Source of the DNA: Octopus bimaculoides
Taxonomy: Eukaryota
DNA: 64,000 nt
Assembly: GCF_001194135.2 (NCBI RefSeq)
Contig: NC_068985.1
Coordinates: 50,200,935-50,264,934, forward strand
Direction of reading: 5' to 3'
Below the pieces are notes generated by a model, which was not told where the DNA came from, searched no databases, and saw only the letters and a list, made by a program, of their open reading frames with translations. Of this stretch, positions 12,091 to 26,113 are shown piece after piece. The translations under genes and the position numbers were made by a program. The first letter of the stretch is position 1; each line of letters starts with the position of its first letter.

Positions 12091-12859
12091 ACATACACAC
12101 ACACACACACACACTCACACACATGCATTTACTGTGACACAAACAAATATACACGGGCATGCGCACACATATAAAATACGNNNNNNNNNNCCGGAAAGCA
12201 TTGCTCTGTGGAATTTTAATCCTATCAGTTGCATTTTTATATTCCCGGTATAAAAAAAAAAACAAAAAAAAAAACAAACAAATAAAAGAAAACAAAAAGT
12301 AGAAAAAGAAAGAAGCAAAATGGCAAAAACAATAATAACAACCAAAATCTAATTCACACGACACGAACTTTGCAAAATTCGGCGATCGACTTAAAAAGAA
12401 ATCTCCAAGAATACCGACCATTAAGACGTGAACTGTACCATCGAGACTTTTTCCGCATTTTAGATTTACCTGTTTTTTATGATATTCCACAATATCCCAC
12501 ACATTGCTATATCTGACGACAAAAATAACAAAAGAATCTTTTGTTAACATACATACATACATGCATACATATACATGCATGTATAATACAGACACGTATA
12601 CACATGCATATGTACATGCATACATACATATACATACATACATACATACATACATACATACATACATACGTACGTACGTACATACATACATACATATATA
12701 TACATGCATACATACACACAAACATACATACGCACGCACATAAGTAGATTCATAGATGGACAGATGAATACATACTTACGTACATGCATAGATACATAGA
12801 TACATACATACATAAGTAGATTTATAAATAGATAGATGAATATATAGGTAGATTAATAG

Positions 12860-12904
<45 letters not shown>

Positions 12905-13862
12905 NNNNNNNNNNNNNNNNNNNNNNNNNNNNNNNNNNNNNNNNNNNNNNNNNNNNNNNNNNNNNNNNNNNNNNNNNNNNNNNNNNNNNNNNNNNNNNNN
13001 NNNNNNNNNNNNNNNNNNNNNNNNNNNNNNNNNNNNNNNNNNNNNNNNNNNNNNNNNNNNNNNNNNNNNNNNNNNNNNNNNNNNNNNNNNNNNNNNNNNN
13101 NNNNNNNNNNNNNNNNNNNNNNNNNNNNNNNNNNNNNNNNNNNNNNNNNNNNNNNNNNNNNNNNNNNNNNNNNNNNNNNNNNNNNNNNNNNNNNNNNNNN
13201 NNNNNNNNNNNNNNNNNNNNNNNNNNNNNNNNNNNNNNNNNNNNNNNNNNNNNNNNNNNNNNNNNNNNNNNNNNNNNNNNNNNNNNNNNNNNNNNNNNNN
13301 NNNNNNNNNNNNNNNNNNNNNNNNNNNNNNNNNNNNNNNNNNNNNNNNNNNNNNNNNNNNNNNNNNNNNNNNNNNNNNNNNNNNNNNNNNNNNNNNNNNN
13401 NNNNNNNNNNNNNNNNNNNNNNNNNNNNNNNNNNNNNNNNNNNNNNNNNNNNNNNNNNNNNNNNNNNNNNNNNNNNNNNNNNNNNNNNNNNNNNNNNNNN
13501 NNNNNNNNNNNNNNNNNNNNNNNNNNNNNNNNNNNNNNNNNNNNNNNNNNNNNNNNNNNNNNNNNNNNNNNNNNNNNNNNNNNNNNNNNNNNNNNNNNNN
13601 NNNNNNNNNNNNNNNNNNNNNNNNNNNNNNNNNNNNNNNNNNNNNNNNNNNNNNNNNNNNNNNNNNNNNNNNNNNNNNNNNNNNNNNNNNNNNNNNNNNN
13701 NNNNNNNNNNNNNNNNNNNNNNNNNNNNNNNNNNNNNNNNNNNNNNNNNNNNNNNNNNNNNNNNNNNNNNNNNNNNNNNNNNNNNNNNNNNNNNNNNNNN
13801 NNNNNNNNNNNNNNNNNNNNNNNGAACTACACTAAGGGGTCTTACTAAATTTTTTATCGGTA

Positions 13863-13987
13863 CAGGCGTGGCTGTGTGGTAAGAAGCTTGCTTTTTAACC
13901 TTGGCTAAGTGTCTTCTACTGTAGCCTCGGGCCGACCAAAGCCTTGTGAGTGTATTTGGTAGACGGAAATGAAAAAAAGCCCGCCGT

Positions 13988-14019
<32 letters not shown>

Positions 14020-14246
14020 GTTTATGTGTGTGTATGCGTATCTATGTATATGTGTCTGTGTTTGTCTCCCATCAACGCTTGACAACCAGTGTTGGTGTGT
14101 TTACGTCCCTGTTACTTAGCGGTTCGACAATAGAGACCGACAGAATAAGTACTTGGCTTAATAATAAGTCCTGGGGGTGCGATTTATTCGACTAAACCTC
14201 TTGAAGGCGGTGTTCTAGCATGATTGAAACTAGTAAAAGATGAAAG
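13863..14246 (+). mobile_element. SINE family C
   Basis: ggcgtggctgtgtggtaagaagc head, an internal (CA)n(TA)n, and the 3' half ttagcggttcgacaatagagaccgacagaataagtac. Confidence 0.85.
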
Positions 14247-15032
14247 AACACTGTGCTTCAGGTTTTAGGCGATTGCCTCAACAGTAATACAAGAATGGTC
14301 ATTATCATGAATATTTTATTTATTTCCCTGATACTTCAAACGGAGTAATAAGATCACTATTTCAAAGAATTCCTTTTCCCCACAGACTTAATCGTATAAG
14401 GTCCCTCAACATTAGAATAGTTACTGCATACATACTTCTTTATTATGGAAATAGCTTTGCTTAGTGTCAGATCTCTCAGTATTTTTAAAACGAGGTAAGC
14501 ATGACGCTACACTTCAGTTCCTATTCAACGTATGACTTCTGCAACTGCGGTCTAAAATACTGGTCGACATGAGAAATGTGCTTTCTCTTGACATAAGTAA
14601 TATCAAAATCATTCGCTGTCTGGTACGACCCACCTCAGTATTTCTCAAAGACATAAACTTTTAGATGTTGTTTGCGTCGATTAAAAATAAATTCAAGATA
14701 TCTGTGACCGGATCTAAACAGAAAGTTTTTGCTAAGTAAAAAATGACGTGCTCAGTTTGTGGCTCACACAGTTGTTAAAGCCACATTTTCAATGTTTGGA
14801 TAATTAGATTCAGTAGCAGTTAACCTCCTTTATAAATGTGATTATCCTGCCGCAAATTTCCTAATGTAGATTGTTCACTAACATCAGTTGCTGATGTGAA
14901 GCCTTTGTTAACATCAAAACCTGTGAGCATTTTTAAATTATCGAAGGCTCTTTGATGCTTATTTCTGCAACCAAATTCAAAATTTTCTGGAGCAATTTTC
15001 GAAATGCAACGGTAATTTAAGAATATGCTAGC

Positions 15033-15251
15033 AAATATTGGTTTTAAGTTTTGGCACAAGGCCAACAATTTCGAGGGAGGGGTAAGTCGATTGCATCGAC
15101 CCCAGTGTTCAACTGGTACTCATTTTATCGATTCCAAAAGGATGAAAGGCAAAATCGACTTCGATGGAATTTAAACTCGGAATTGAAAACAGACGAAATA
15201 CCAATAAGCATTTTGCCCTACGTGCTAACGATTCTGCTAGCTCGCTGCCTT
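15033..15251 (-). mobile_element. SINE family A
   Basis: Reverse complement of the family A consensus. Confidence 0.85.
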
Positions 15252-15924
15252 TACGTAATCAAATATTGGCCATAAAAAATATATCAAATCTAAAGAGAAC
15301 TCGGATTCCTATTAATTAGATGGTGGAGAATCAACTAATATTTTCAGGACCAAATCTTAATTTTGAGAACCGCCTTTTGAAATGGAATAACCCCAAAGCA
15401 ATAGCTTTTTACTAGTAAAGTTACATTCTCTGAGTTAATAGCCATACCTGCGTCTCTCAGACGATTCAATGTTATCTTGATCTTCAAGTTCAGTTCCTCC
15501 GAGTTAGTTACACCCCAGAGTATATGCTATCCTGATAAATGAATTTTACTTTTTAATATCGCTCCTCAAAGTTACATGTTGAGAAATAGCACTGGCGCTT
15601 GAAGACATTCATGTTCACCTCAACAAACCAATATCTATTTGAATTTGGTGGTTTTAAACCCGCAGAGAGAAAACCACTTCCTAGAGATGGTTCAATATTA
15701 GGGGTTGCCCGAACAAATCTTGTAATTAATATCTACACTGTAGTCACCACAGATATGCAAATCTCTTTTTGATTTTCATACTACTATAATAAAGAAAGGA
15801 CGTCCATTTGCAATCAGTTGGTAGAACATGTTCTAATGTATCCTGTTCAATAATTTTTCATAACTCACAACTAGTATATGTACATATAATACCAGTTTAT
15901 TTTCCTCAGCGTATCTACTCATGG

Positions 15925-15955
<31 letters not shown>

Positions 15956-17621
15956 TGTATGTATGTATGTATGTGTGTATGTATGTATGTATGTATGTAT
16001 GTATGTATCTATCTATCTGTCTGTCTGTCTGTCTGTCTGTCTAATATATATATATATATATAAGCACTTGAATAACTGTAAACTTCTGGCACGGTTCAGT
16101 TATGTTGACTAATTTCCTATTATTTTTGTTTGTTTTCAACTATTTTCGGTCGAGTGTGTTTGTACTAGCGTAGATAGATTTAAATCCCAAATATTCAATT
16201 ATTGTTTTCCAGGGACATGATTCCGAAATACAATCTCCACACCCTATCTCTTCAAACGTGACAAAGCCAATTAGTATCAACACACTTTATGAAGAGTAAG
16301 AATTCCGTGGTTACCCAATGATTCATTAAACATTACCAGATATTAAAACTACAAATGTGTATATGTGAATATGTTTAAGTCGGGAAAATTGACCTTGTTA
16401 TTTAAAAGAATGCCAAAATTATATGATGTCTGAGAGTGGTGAGCTGGAAAAAGAGACTAAAATGCTTCATAATATTTAGTTTTATCTCCTCTATGTTCTG
16501 TGTTAAAATTCTGCTTCGAATCTTTTTAACTTTTCATTTCTCCAGAATCGATAAAAACAAGTATCGGTAATAAAATGAAGGCGATTTTAACGACTGTAAT
16601 CACTTCCACCATATAAATTAGCTTTCTGTCTAGTCGAAAATAAGTCAATATTGTATGATATATGTGAAACGAAAACAAAGAAATAGACAAAAAAGAAAGG
16701 CGTTTAACGTTGTTATTTTTCCCTTTCTTCTATTCAGTACGAAAGGGAAACACGTAACAAAGGAAAAACATAGCAGAGAAACGAAAATGAAATCCGTAAT
16801 AAATTTCTCCGGCGAGTAGATATAGTCTACAGCTTGGAGACTTATAATATGATTGAATAACTTCCATAGATAATCAAATTATAGAATTATCGAATTAAAC
16901 TGTTTTGTTTGATGCAGGTTTTTTCCTTAGGGGGTTATAGTGCATTATGGTGGCGGTGGTGGTGATGCTGCTACTGCTGGTTGTGGAGGTGGTGGAGGTA
17001 GTCGGTGAGCGTCCTAGAAGAGTATATTAAACGAAGTAATTTCTTTCCCTTATCCCTCTCTTTAGTTTTAGGGATTGAAAAGGAATTATCTTTTGTATAG
17101 TGTTTTGTTTCTTTTTGTTTAAATTATGTCTACACACCCACCTCATTCGTCTATAAAAATTAGAGCTGAGCAAAATAACAACATGGAAATATCTCCTGCT
17201 CCCCCCCCCTACTCCAGTGGGATTTACATAGAAGGAAATACAACAGTTAATAATCTGCAAAATATTCTTTAAAAAATAAGATTCCTTCTTTCTGAAGTCT
17301 TGAGAATAAGCAGAAAAAATTTCGTTTCGTTATGCTCCTGGTAATTAAAATCTGCATTCTATAAGAAAGGTAAAAGTAAATAAATAAATAAATAAATAAA
17401 TTCGCAAAGCAATAATAATAATACTGATGATAATAATAAAAATAATGATGGAATAGTAAAGGCAATAATGAAAACAATGACGATCGTAAAGCTGATGAGG
17501 ATGTTTGATGGGAATAGTGAAGATGGTGATGGTTGGGAGATGACAGTGACGATAAATGCTAATAGCAACAAAGTAATAAGTTTGTGGGTGTCTGCGTGCG
17601 TGCTCCTATGTGTGTATGAGT

Positions 17622-17667
<46 letters not shown>

Positions 17668-17751
17668 GAGCACGCACACACACATATATATGTATGCACA
17701 CATATGTATGTGTGAGTGTGTGTGTATATATATATATATATTTATATGCAT

Positions 17752-17941
17752 TCTTTTATTTGTTTCAGTCATTTGACTGCGGCCATGCTGGAGCACCGCC
17801 TTTAGTCGAATGGATCCCTGGACTTATTCTTTGTAAGCCTAGTACTTATTCTTTCGTTCTCTTTTGCCGAACCACTAAGTTACGGGAACGTAAACACACC
17901 AACATCGGTTGTCAAGCGACGGCGGGTGGGGAACAGACATA

Positions 17942-18022
<81 letters not shown>
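17752..18022 (-). mobile_element. SINE family C, 3' half plus internal (CA)n
   Basis: Reverse complement of the family C 3' half. Confidence 0.85.
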
Positions 18023-18035
<13 letters not shown>

Positions 18036-18796
18036 CACACGGGTGACCACCTTTGCTTCCATGTATTCGTTAATATGTACACATAATGTTCAGTCCCGAA
18101 GATACCCCAAAATAACTGAGGTAGTTCTTAGATTAATTCTCATTAACAGTTTGCAACTGTCTTTTTCACAATCTGCACTTTATCTTTCCCTGTCTTTCGT
18201 TCTGATTTTCCATCAGTCCGTCGTTAGTTAACCGAAAGATTGCGAAATTAATACAGATCCAAAAGAGCATGTGTTCCTCCTCGTACAGTTTTTAATATTT
18301 TCCACTTTCCCCGACGGCTTGTCACCCTAATTATTCTTCATCATCTCCCAATTATCGCAAGGTAATGAGGTATACTACTAGTTGGGGCTAACGGAGGGGA
18401 ATTCTACTTCTGCTGTTGTAGTTGTTGTTGCTTCTTCAACTGTTCCTTTGAAGACATATCAAATCCCATCCACTTTTGTTTTCACGAAGGAAAGGTATGT
18501 CACCTCTATTCTTGTCCGTTCTGAGACAAATTACTGCAACTAGATTCAACCTATGTCATTAAACCACAATTTGACTTCTAATACTAATGAAGGGAATTGT
18601 TGCTAGTACACTTGCTAACATCTTATATTTCCACGTTGTTATTGTTGCTAGATCTTTTGTTTATTTTGAAAATTTGTGTTCCCGGGTGTGAAGTTATGAC
18701 CGCCAGGACTGAAATTACATCTGTTTGTTTCACTGTTATTTTGCCCGTTTTTAAAATTATTTTCTCAGCTTATGTTTTCTTTTTAAATTCGTTGAC

Positions 18797-19152
18797 AGTG
18801 GAGGTGCAATGGCCCAGTGGTTAGGACAGCGGACTCGCGGTCATAGGATCGCGGTTTCGATTCCCAGACCTGGCGTTGTGAGTGTTTATTGAGCGAAAAC
18901 ACCTAAAGCTGTGGTGAACCCTGCTGTACTCTTTCACCACAACTTTCTCTCACTCTTTCTTCCTGTTTCTGTTGTGCCTGTAATTCAAAGGGTCAGCCTT
19001 ATCACACTGTGTCACGCTGAATGTCCCTGAGAACTACATTAAGGGTACACGTGTCTGTGGAGTGCTCAGCCACTTGCACGTTAATTTCACGAGCAGGCTG
19101 TTCCGTTAATCGGATCAACTGGAACCCTCGACGTCGTAAGCGTCAAAACAAC
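18797..19152 (+). mobile_element. tRNA-derived SINE family B, full length with a small internal deletion
   Basis: A/B boxes tggcccagtgg / gtttcgattcc, a (CAA)n tail, and the TSD aaattcgttgac at 18785-18796 and 19153-19164. Confidence 0.9.
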
Positions 19153-19669
19153 AAATTCGTTGACGTGTCAACAACTTCTTGAAGTAAGAACGTTCCCATT
19201 GCTCATTCCTTTCATGTTAATATGTCTTCTACTTCAGGCGGCCATAACCAAGATGCTTCTTACAATGCTGCACTGAGAACTTTTGTTCCCCATTAGCTTT
19301 GGGAGAATTCTTCAATTTCATGTTTGTTTCTGCCAATAACATCAATGTAGGTTGCGGATGTCTTCAAAATATGTCTGATATGGCCTGTTGTTCAGCACGA
19401 AGGTAGTGGTCAGCAAAGTGTTTAACAATTATTGTAGAGATGGTAAAATACCTTTTACTACCTCACATTGAAAAATGTAAAAACGAGAAAAGTTTCATAG
19501 AAAATTAAAGTAATGCTTAAAAGGTATTGGGATAACTGTTCGTAATTCGTCTTTTAGAAAAATAATTCGAAAAAGAAAACCTTCCACCCAGTTAAGCTTA
19601 GCAATAACCCCAAAATCTCTTCGAGCTGTGCTTTCACCTGTCCGCTTGTCTCAGAATACAATAGTAATA

Positions 19670-19895
19670 CAAATGATTTCAAATTTTGGCAGCGAACCAG
19701 CAGTTGTTTGGTGGGAGAGGGCAAGTCAATTACATTGACCCTAGTACTCGTCTGGTACTTATTTTATCGAGCTCGAAAGGATGAAAAGTAAAGTCGACCT
19801 CAGCAGAATTTGAACTCAGAAAGTAAAGATGGACGAAATACTGCTAAGCATTTTGTCCGGCGTGCTAACGATTCTGCCAGCTCACCGCCTAACAC
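19670..19895 (-). mobile_element. tRNA-derived SINE family A (representative copy)
   Basis: Head ggcggtgagctggcagaatcgttagc...gagttcaaatt and core cttttcatcctttcg..cgataaaataagtaccag, with the TSD acaatagtaata at 19658-19669 and 19896-19907. Confidence 0.9.
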
Positions 19896-19910
19896 ACAAT
19901 AGTAATAAAT

Positions 19911-20213
19911 TTGTTGGCCCTCCGTCGCTTACGACGTCGAGGGTTCCAGTCGATCCGATCAACGGAACAGCCTGCTCGTGAAATTAACGTGCAAGTGGCT
20001 GAGCACTCCACAGACACGTGTACCCTTAACGTGGTTCTCGGGGATATTCAGCGTGACACAGTGTGACAAGGCTGACCCTTTGAAATACAGGTACAACAGA
20101 AACAGAAAGAAAGAGTTAGAGAAAGTTGTGGTGAAAGAGTACAGCAGGGTTCGCCACCATCCCCTGCCGGAGCCTCATGGAGCTTTAGGTGTTTTCGCTC
20201 CATAAACACTCAC
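19911..20213 (-). mobile_element. SINE family B, 5' part lost in a gap
   Basis: Reverse complement of the family B body at 18870-19150. Confidence 0.9.
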
Positions 20214-20679
20214 NNNNNNNNNNNNNNNNNNNNNNNNNNNNNNNNNNNNNNNNNNNNNNNNNNNNNNNNNNNNNNNNNNNNNNNNNNNNNNNNNNNNNNN
20301 NNNNNNNNNNNNNNNNNNNNNNNNNNNNNNNNNNNNNNNNNNNNNNNNNNNNNNNNNNNNNNNNNNNNNNNNNNNNNNNNNNNNNNNNNNNNNNNNNNNN
20401 NNNNNNNNNNNNNNNNNNNNNNNNNNNNNNNNNNNNNNNNNNNNNNNNNNNNNNNNNNNNNNNNNNNNNNNNNNNNNNNNNNNNNNNNNNNNNNNNNNNN
20501 NNNNNNNNNNNNNNNNNNNNNNNNNNNNNNNNNNNNNNNNNNNNNNNNNNNNNNNNNNNNNNNNNNNNNNNNNNNNNNNNNNNNNNNNNNNNNNNNNNNN
20601 NNNNNNNNNNNNNNNNNNNNNNNNNNNNNNNNNNNNNNNNNNNNNNNNNNNNNNNNNNNNNNNNNNNNNNNNNNNNNNN

Positions 20680-20755
<76 letters not shown>

Positions 20756-21347
20756 GATGATGATGATGATGGTGGTGGTTTATGGAGCAGAAGAGAGGAG
20801 GATGTTAATAACTCCTGCAATTATTAACAAATCTACAAAAGAAATATGGAAAATTGTTTCTTCTTTCCAAAGAAAAATATGATTAAAGACAAATCGTGGG
20901 GCGGAGAAAGTCGGGGAAAGGTTAAAAATGGCGAATTAATTTCTTAATCAACTTAAACATTCTTTGCTATTCGTAATCTGTTTCGCTTTCTTTCTCTCCG
21001 TCTTTGTTTGTCTCACAGACAGGATAATAAATTATAATATAGTTATACACACATACANNNNNNNNNNTTGTTGTTGTTGTTGTTGTTGTTGTTGATGATG
21101 ATGATGATGCTGATGATGATGCTGATGATGACGATGATGACGACTGTGACGGCGACGACGACGTCAATGACGACAATATCAACAAAGACCATGATGACAG
21201 TGACGATGACCACGACGATGACAACGAGGACATGACAGACGGGGTCGTAATATTCGGTTTTCATTCCCAGTTAGAATTGTCTTAATTCAATTGTTATTAT
21301 TGCTGCTGTTGTTTTTATTGTTGTTGTTGCTGCTGCTGCGCTGCCGA

Positions 21348-21392
<45 letters not shown>
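20680..21392. repeat. (GAT)n and (TTG)n microsatellite cluster
   Basis: Read directly from the sequence. Confidence 0.9.
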
Positions 21393-21664
21393 ACAGTCTC
21401 AGAGGACTCAAGCTTGATTAGGTAGCAAGGTGAGATATAGAGAAATCTATTTCTCCAGATAATGTGTATATCATGGATTTGTCTAACAGAGGCCAATCTG
21501 ATACGTTGTTTGCGCGAGATGTGGGGAAAACGTCAAAGTTATTTTAGCACTAATTATACATTAAACTTTCTAGATATCGTCAACCTCGCTATCTGAGTTG
21601 CCGTAATCAAGAATTTTCCATTGTTTCGTAGGAGCTTTTAAATGTGTTTATTATGTGAATAAAA

Positions 21665-21920
21665 TAAATAAATGCGCCCTTTTAAAGCCTAGCCAGGCTC
21701 ATGGGCCCGGTTTCCCAGTTTCAATGGCGTACGCGTTCCCCAGCTGGACGGGACGCCAGTCCATCGCAGCGTTACTCATTTTTGCCAGCTGAGTGGACTG
21801 GAGCAACGTGAAATGAAGTGTTTTGCTCAAGAACACGACGCGTCGCCTGATGCAGGAATCGAAACCACAATCTTACGATCGTGATGCTGACACCCTAACC
21901 ACCAAGCCACGCGCCTCCAC
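21665..21920 (-). mobile_element. tRNA-derived SINE family D (first of two identical copies)
   Basis: Minus-strand head gtggaggcgcgtggcttggtggttaggg...gtttcgattcc with an (ATTT)n tail. Confidence 0.85.
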
Positions 21921-22078
21921 ATGTGNNNNNNNNNNTGGGGAAAACGTCAAAGTTATTTTAGCACTAATTATACATTAAACTTTCTAGATATCGTCAACCT
22001 CGCTATCTGAGTTGCCGTAATCAAGAATTTTCCATTGTTTCGTAGGAGCTTTTAAATGTGTTTATTATGTGAATAAAA

Positions 22079-22334
22079 TAAATAAATGCGCCCTTTTAAA
22101 GCCTAGCCAGGCTCATGGGCCCGGTTTCCCAGTTTCAATGGCGTACGCGTTCCCCAGCTGGACGGGACGCCAGTCCATCGCAGCGTTACTCATTTTTGCC
22201 AGCTGAGTGGACTGGAGCAACGTGAAATGAAGTGTTTTGCTCAAGAACACGACGCGTCGCCTGATGCAGGAATCGAAACCACAATCTTACGATCGTGATG
22301 CTGACACCCTAACCACCAAGCCACGCGCCTCCAC
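22079..22334 (-). mobile_element. SINE family D (second copy, probably an assembly duplicate)
   Basis: TSD atgtgaataaaa at 22067-22078 and 22335-22346. Identical to 21665-21920. Confidence 0.85.
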
Positions 22335-22800
22335 ATGTGAATAAAAGGAGTACAATTATAGCGTGGCTTCCGCTTGGCTTCGAACCATTTCGCTCAGATT
22401 CCTAGTTTAGGACCACAACCTAACTGTATTACCATAAAAGGCAAGACCAGCTAAGAGAAATTAACTGTGTCACCATAAAAGGCCTTAACTTCAACTTGAA
22501 CATGATTCGACCGATCAGATCAGCATCATCATTATTAAATCATTAAACATGAAAATAGGTCCACAGTTCTGCCATGCTCTCAAAAGACTTATAAATTTAA
22601 CAGAAGTCAGGTAATAATAGACGAAAGGAGCCCGTCTTTAATTATAAATTGCAGTGTAAAATAGTCAGAGACAGAAACTTTGCTGTTATTTCACAGAATT
22701 TTATCTCTATATGGCATTTGAAGTCATAGATAATTTCCTGGTCCATTGACTGCATACAAGTTGTAACGTTAGACAGTAAATAACGCGCGCGCACACACAC

Positions 22801-23703
22801 ACGTAGTCTGATCAATAAGTATCCGGACTGTTGCTATAGTAACGAAGCTGAAGCACACAGAGTGAAGCCGCTTGGCACAGATTGACCTTGAACTCTGCTG
22901 TGCATGTGCACTAAGCTTTAACGTTCTAACTCACTTCCGCTATTTACAACAGTGCTTGGAAGTAACGTGTGCAGCGTGTGATCGTCGCATTCACTATGAC
23001 AGAGAAAGTTGAACAGAGAATCTGAAACAGAGAAAGTTGAACAGAGAAAGCTTGGTGATACCTACTCAGATGCCTACGCAAAGTTTTCTAAGAGTTTTTA
23101 TCGTTTTCGTCACAATCCAAGAAATCTTGTGCAACTGAAACCCGAGTGTCTTTTTGGTCAACTGAAAGCAGGTTTGGTACAAACTTGGCAGACATGTGTC
23201 TCATACCCAAATCTTCAGTGATAATGGACTGAACTGAGCCGTAACTAATCTGCACATCCTCTGATAACTCACGGTTGGTGATTCGACGATTTCCCATCAC
23301 AGCTGCACGCTTATCTGCAATGTTTTCTCAGTTCTACTGGTCGCGGGTTTCCTAGAATGTTCGTCAATGTCGACATTTTTTCGGCCATCTTGGAAACGTC
23401 TGAACCACTCGTACACTTGTGGGCAGCTCATATACTTCTCTCCATACATTTTCTGCCACTTTGCGCGGGCCTCTGAGCAGGTATCGTCATGATAACTTTC
23501 TTTGTCATGGTCAATGCGACGGTTACACACTACACACTTTCCTTCCAAGCACTGCTGTAAACAACGGAAGTGAGCTAGAACGTTAAAACTTAGTGCGCTT
23601 GCACAGCACAGTTCAAGGTCAGTTTTGTCAAGCAGCTTTACTCTGCGTTCTTTAATTTCGTTACTATGGCAACAGTCCGGATACTTATTGATCAGACCTC
23701 GTA
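22801..23703. mobile_element. Non-autonomous mariner derivative with long inverted arms (foldback of the 5' end)
   Basis: The ends gtctgatcaataagtatccggac are inverted. Minus-strand transposase N-terminal remnants include VYEWFRRFQDGR and RRITNRELSEDVQISYGSVQSIITEDLGMRHMSAKFVP. There is no catalytic domain. Confidence 0.85.
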
Positions 23704-25381
23704 TGTAGATGTAGAGACTCAGACCTCGTATATGTTTTCACAATCTGAAAGTAACTTCGATTCATAATAATGGACCTGACAACGATCAAAGTGTAAGACA
23801 CTTTCAGTATCTAACGGCTTATCCATCATACCACATAAATTAAGAAGAACTTGACGTTCCAATTTGTGAGTAAACAAAGTTTGAAAAGATTCTGTATCCA
23901 TCTATGCATTCTTTTAGACCTTAAGGAGGCCTAAGAGACTGGCAAATGCATTATTCCCTTCAAGACTCTGGCCAGGTGCATTTGAGTAATTAAGTAATTC
24001 CATTTTGTCTGTATTATTTATGAAACTGCTAACATTTGCTTCATTGGAACTAGACAATGATTAGATATTACTAGTAAAGGCCAGTTTCGTCTGTGTGGCA
24101 TTTTTGATTAGCTGTAAGATTATCTTGATTAACAAGTTCATCAAATATCGAACTGAACTCTATAGTCGTTGCTGAGTCCGTTGATTATTCCAACAATACC
24201 CGATTTTATTATCTCATGCCGTAACTTAGCCAGCTCTGTCTTGTTTTGCTATTTCATATCATATCTTAAATTTGGCCTACCAACCATCTGAAATAACAAC
24301 TGAAGTTTCCAAATCAACTTTCTTTAAACTCCTTAGCTTCTAAATGCGAGCAAAATTTTCTTGGTATAATCATTTTTCCAGTAAACACAAAACAAGCTAA
24401 TTTATCACTAGTTTTAATGTTATTCTCTTTTATTTCTTCTTAGTATCTCTAGACATCTCTAGACATCACTTAGTATCTCTAGACATCACATTATTGTTAC
24501 AAAGAATCAAAGACGTTTCACGTTTCTGAGCAGTGTTCATTTTACAAACTGTAGAAGCGGATGTGAACAAGTCTGTGGTTGTCGGCAGTTTCCTTTATGG
24601 GATGATGATTTTCAAAAGTACCATTGACTTAGATTTTTCGTTAATCTGGAAGTCAAAATTTTAGGTAGTTTACTATATCTCATTGAAAGTTTGACATATT
24701 TGATAAATCTTCATTCTTTGAAAATTCTATAATAGTGAACACATTGTGGATTATATAAAAAAGAAAATGGGTGGATGAAATTTTTGAAAAAAATTGTAAG
24801 TAGAGACTATGTAAAGGGGTTATGGTAACCCTGTACTATGTTAAAATCTAAATGAATTTGATTGATAGTGAATATTTGCAACACAGAAGCAAACCTGTAA
24901 AAAGAAAAAAGTTTTTCCCTGTAAAGATAATCAATTTTTCCGCCCGTCCTTCAATTCATACACACACAAGCATACACACACACACACACACACACACATA
25001 CATGCATGCATGCATCCACACATACACGATTACACACATGAATGTATGCATATATACATCCACACATACGTACGTAAGTATCGGTACAACATGTATATAG
25101 GTGTATATATATNNNNNNNNNNNNNNNNNNNNNNNNNNNNNNNNNNNNNNNNNNNNNNNNNNNNNNNNNNNNNNNNNNNNNNTATATATATATATATTTG
25201 TACGTTTATTAATACATCAATGAATGTATCAAGGAATCTATACATATATTGTCTGTTGATGCGATGGAAGCTTTGTAGTTATTCTAAAACCGTTTACATA
25301 CTCCTGAACGCACAGATGTAGGCATGAATGGATATATACGTGTGCGTATACATTTACATGCGTACTTACAAACACACATGT

Positions 25382-25421
<40 letters not shown>

Positions 25422-26050
25422 ATGCGTGCCTATATGCTTATGCGTGCAAACTTTTCTCAAAGTGTACACGTATATATGCATGAAGCGTCATATACATTAG
25501 ATCATTTTTTTTGTTGTTGTTACAATTACACATTAATATTTTTGCAACCCTTCTTTTCGTACCAATTTTTTCAGCTTGATTGCTTGTTAAGTCTTCTTTT
25601 GTTAAATTCCATCTTGTAACTATAATGCAGCTAATTCAGAAATACTGAATATATTTGTGACGATTATACCATTGGACAGAATAAGTTAAATTCAAATTCT
25701 TGTCTTATCCATTTCATGGAGGCTTCAATTTAACAGTAAGAATAGATAAATATTTTCATTACATGATGGCGTGTTATCACGGTTCGAAATGCTCTATACA
25801 GGACGCTCACCTTTAATCATGCAACCTGTCATTCAGTTTCATTAGTTAAAAATTGTTTAGAAGTAGAGAGCCTCTACTTTAAAAGTGGTCATTCAAATTG
25901 TTTCTCTAAATCTAAATATTAACGTCTTAAATATTATTGAACTTGTGACCTCTGGTATACAAAAACACGGGACGACCAGACTAGAACATCTTTGTTCGTA
26001 ATTCTGCTTGACTAGAAACGACCTGGAACTAAGCATAATGATAACGACAG

Positions 26051-26113
<63 letters not shown>

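Noticed and set aside
21522-22339. Perfect 404-bp tandem duplication (21522-21925 / 21936-22339)
   Set aside because: The copies appear identical and are separated by exactly 10 N, which is typical of an unmerged contig overlap. Treated as an assembly artefact unless long reads confirm it.
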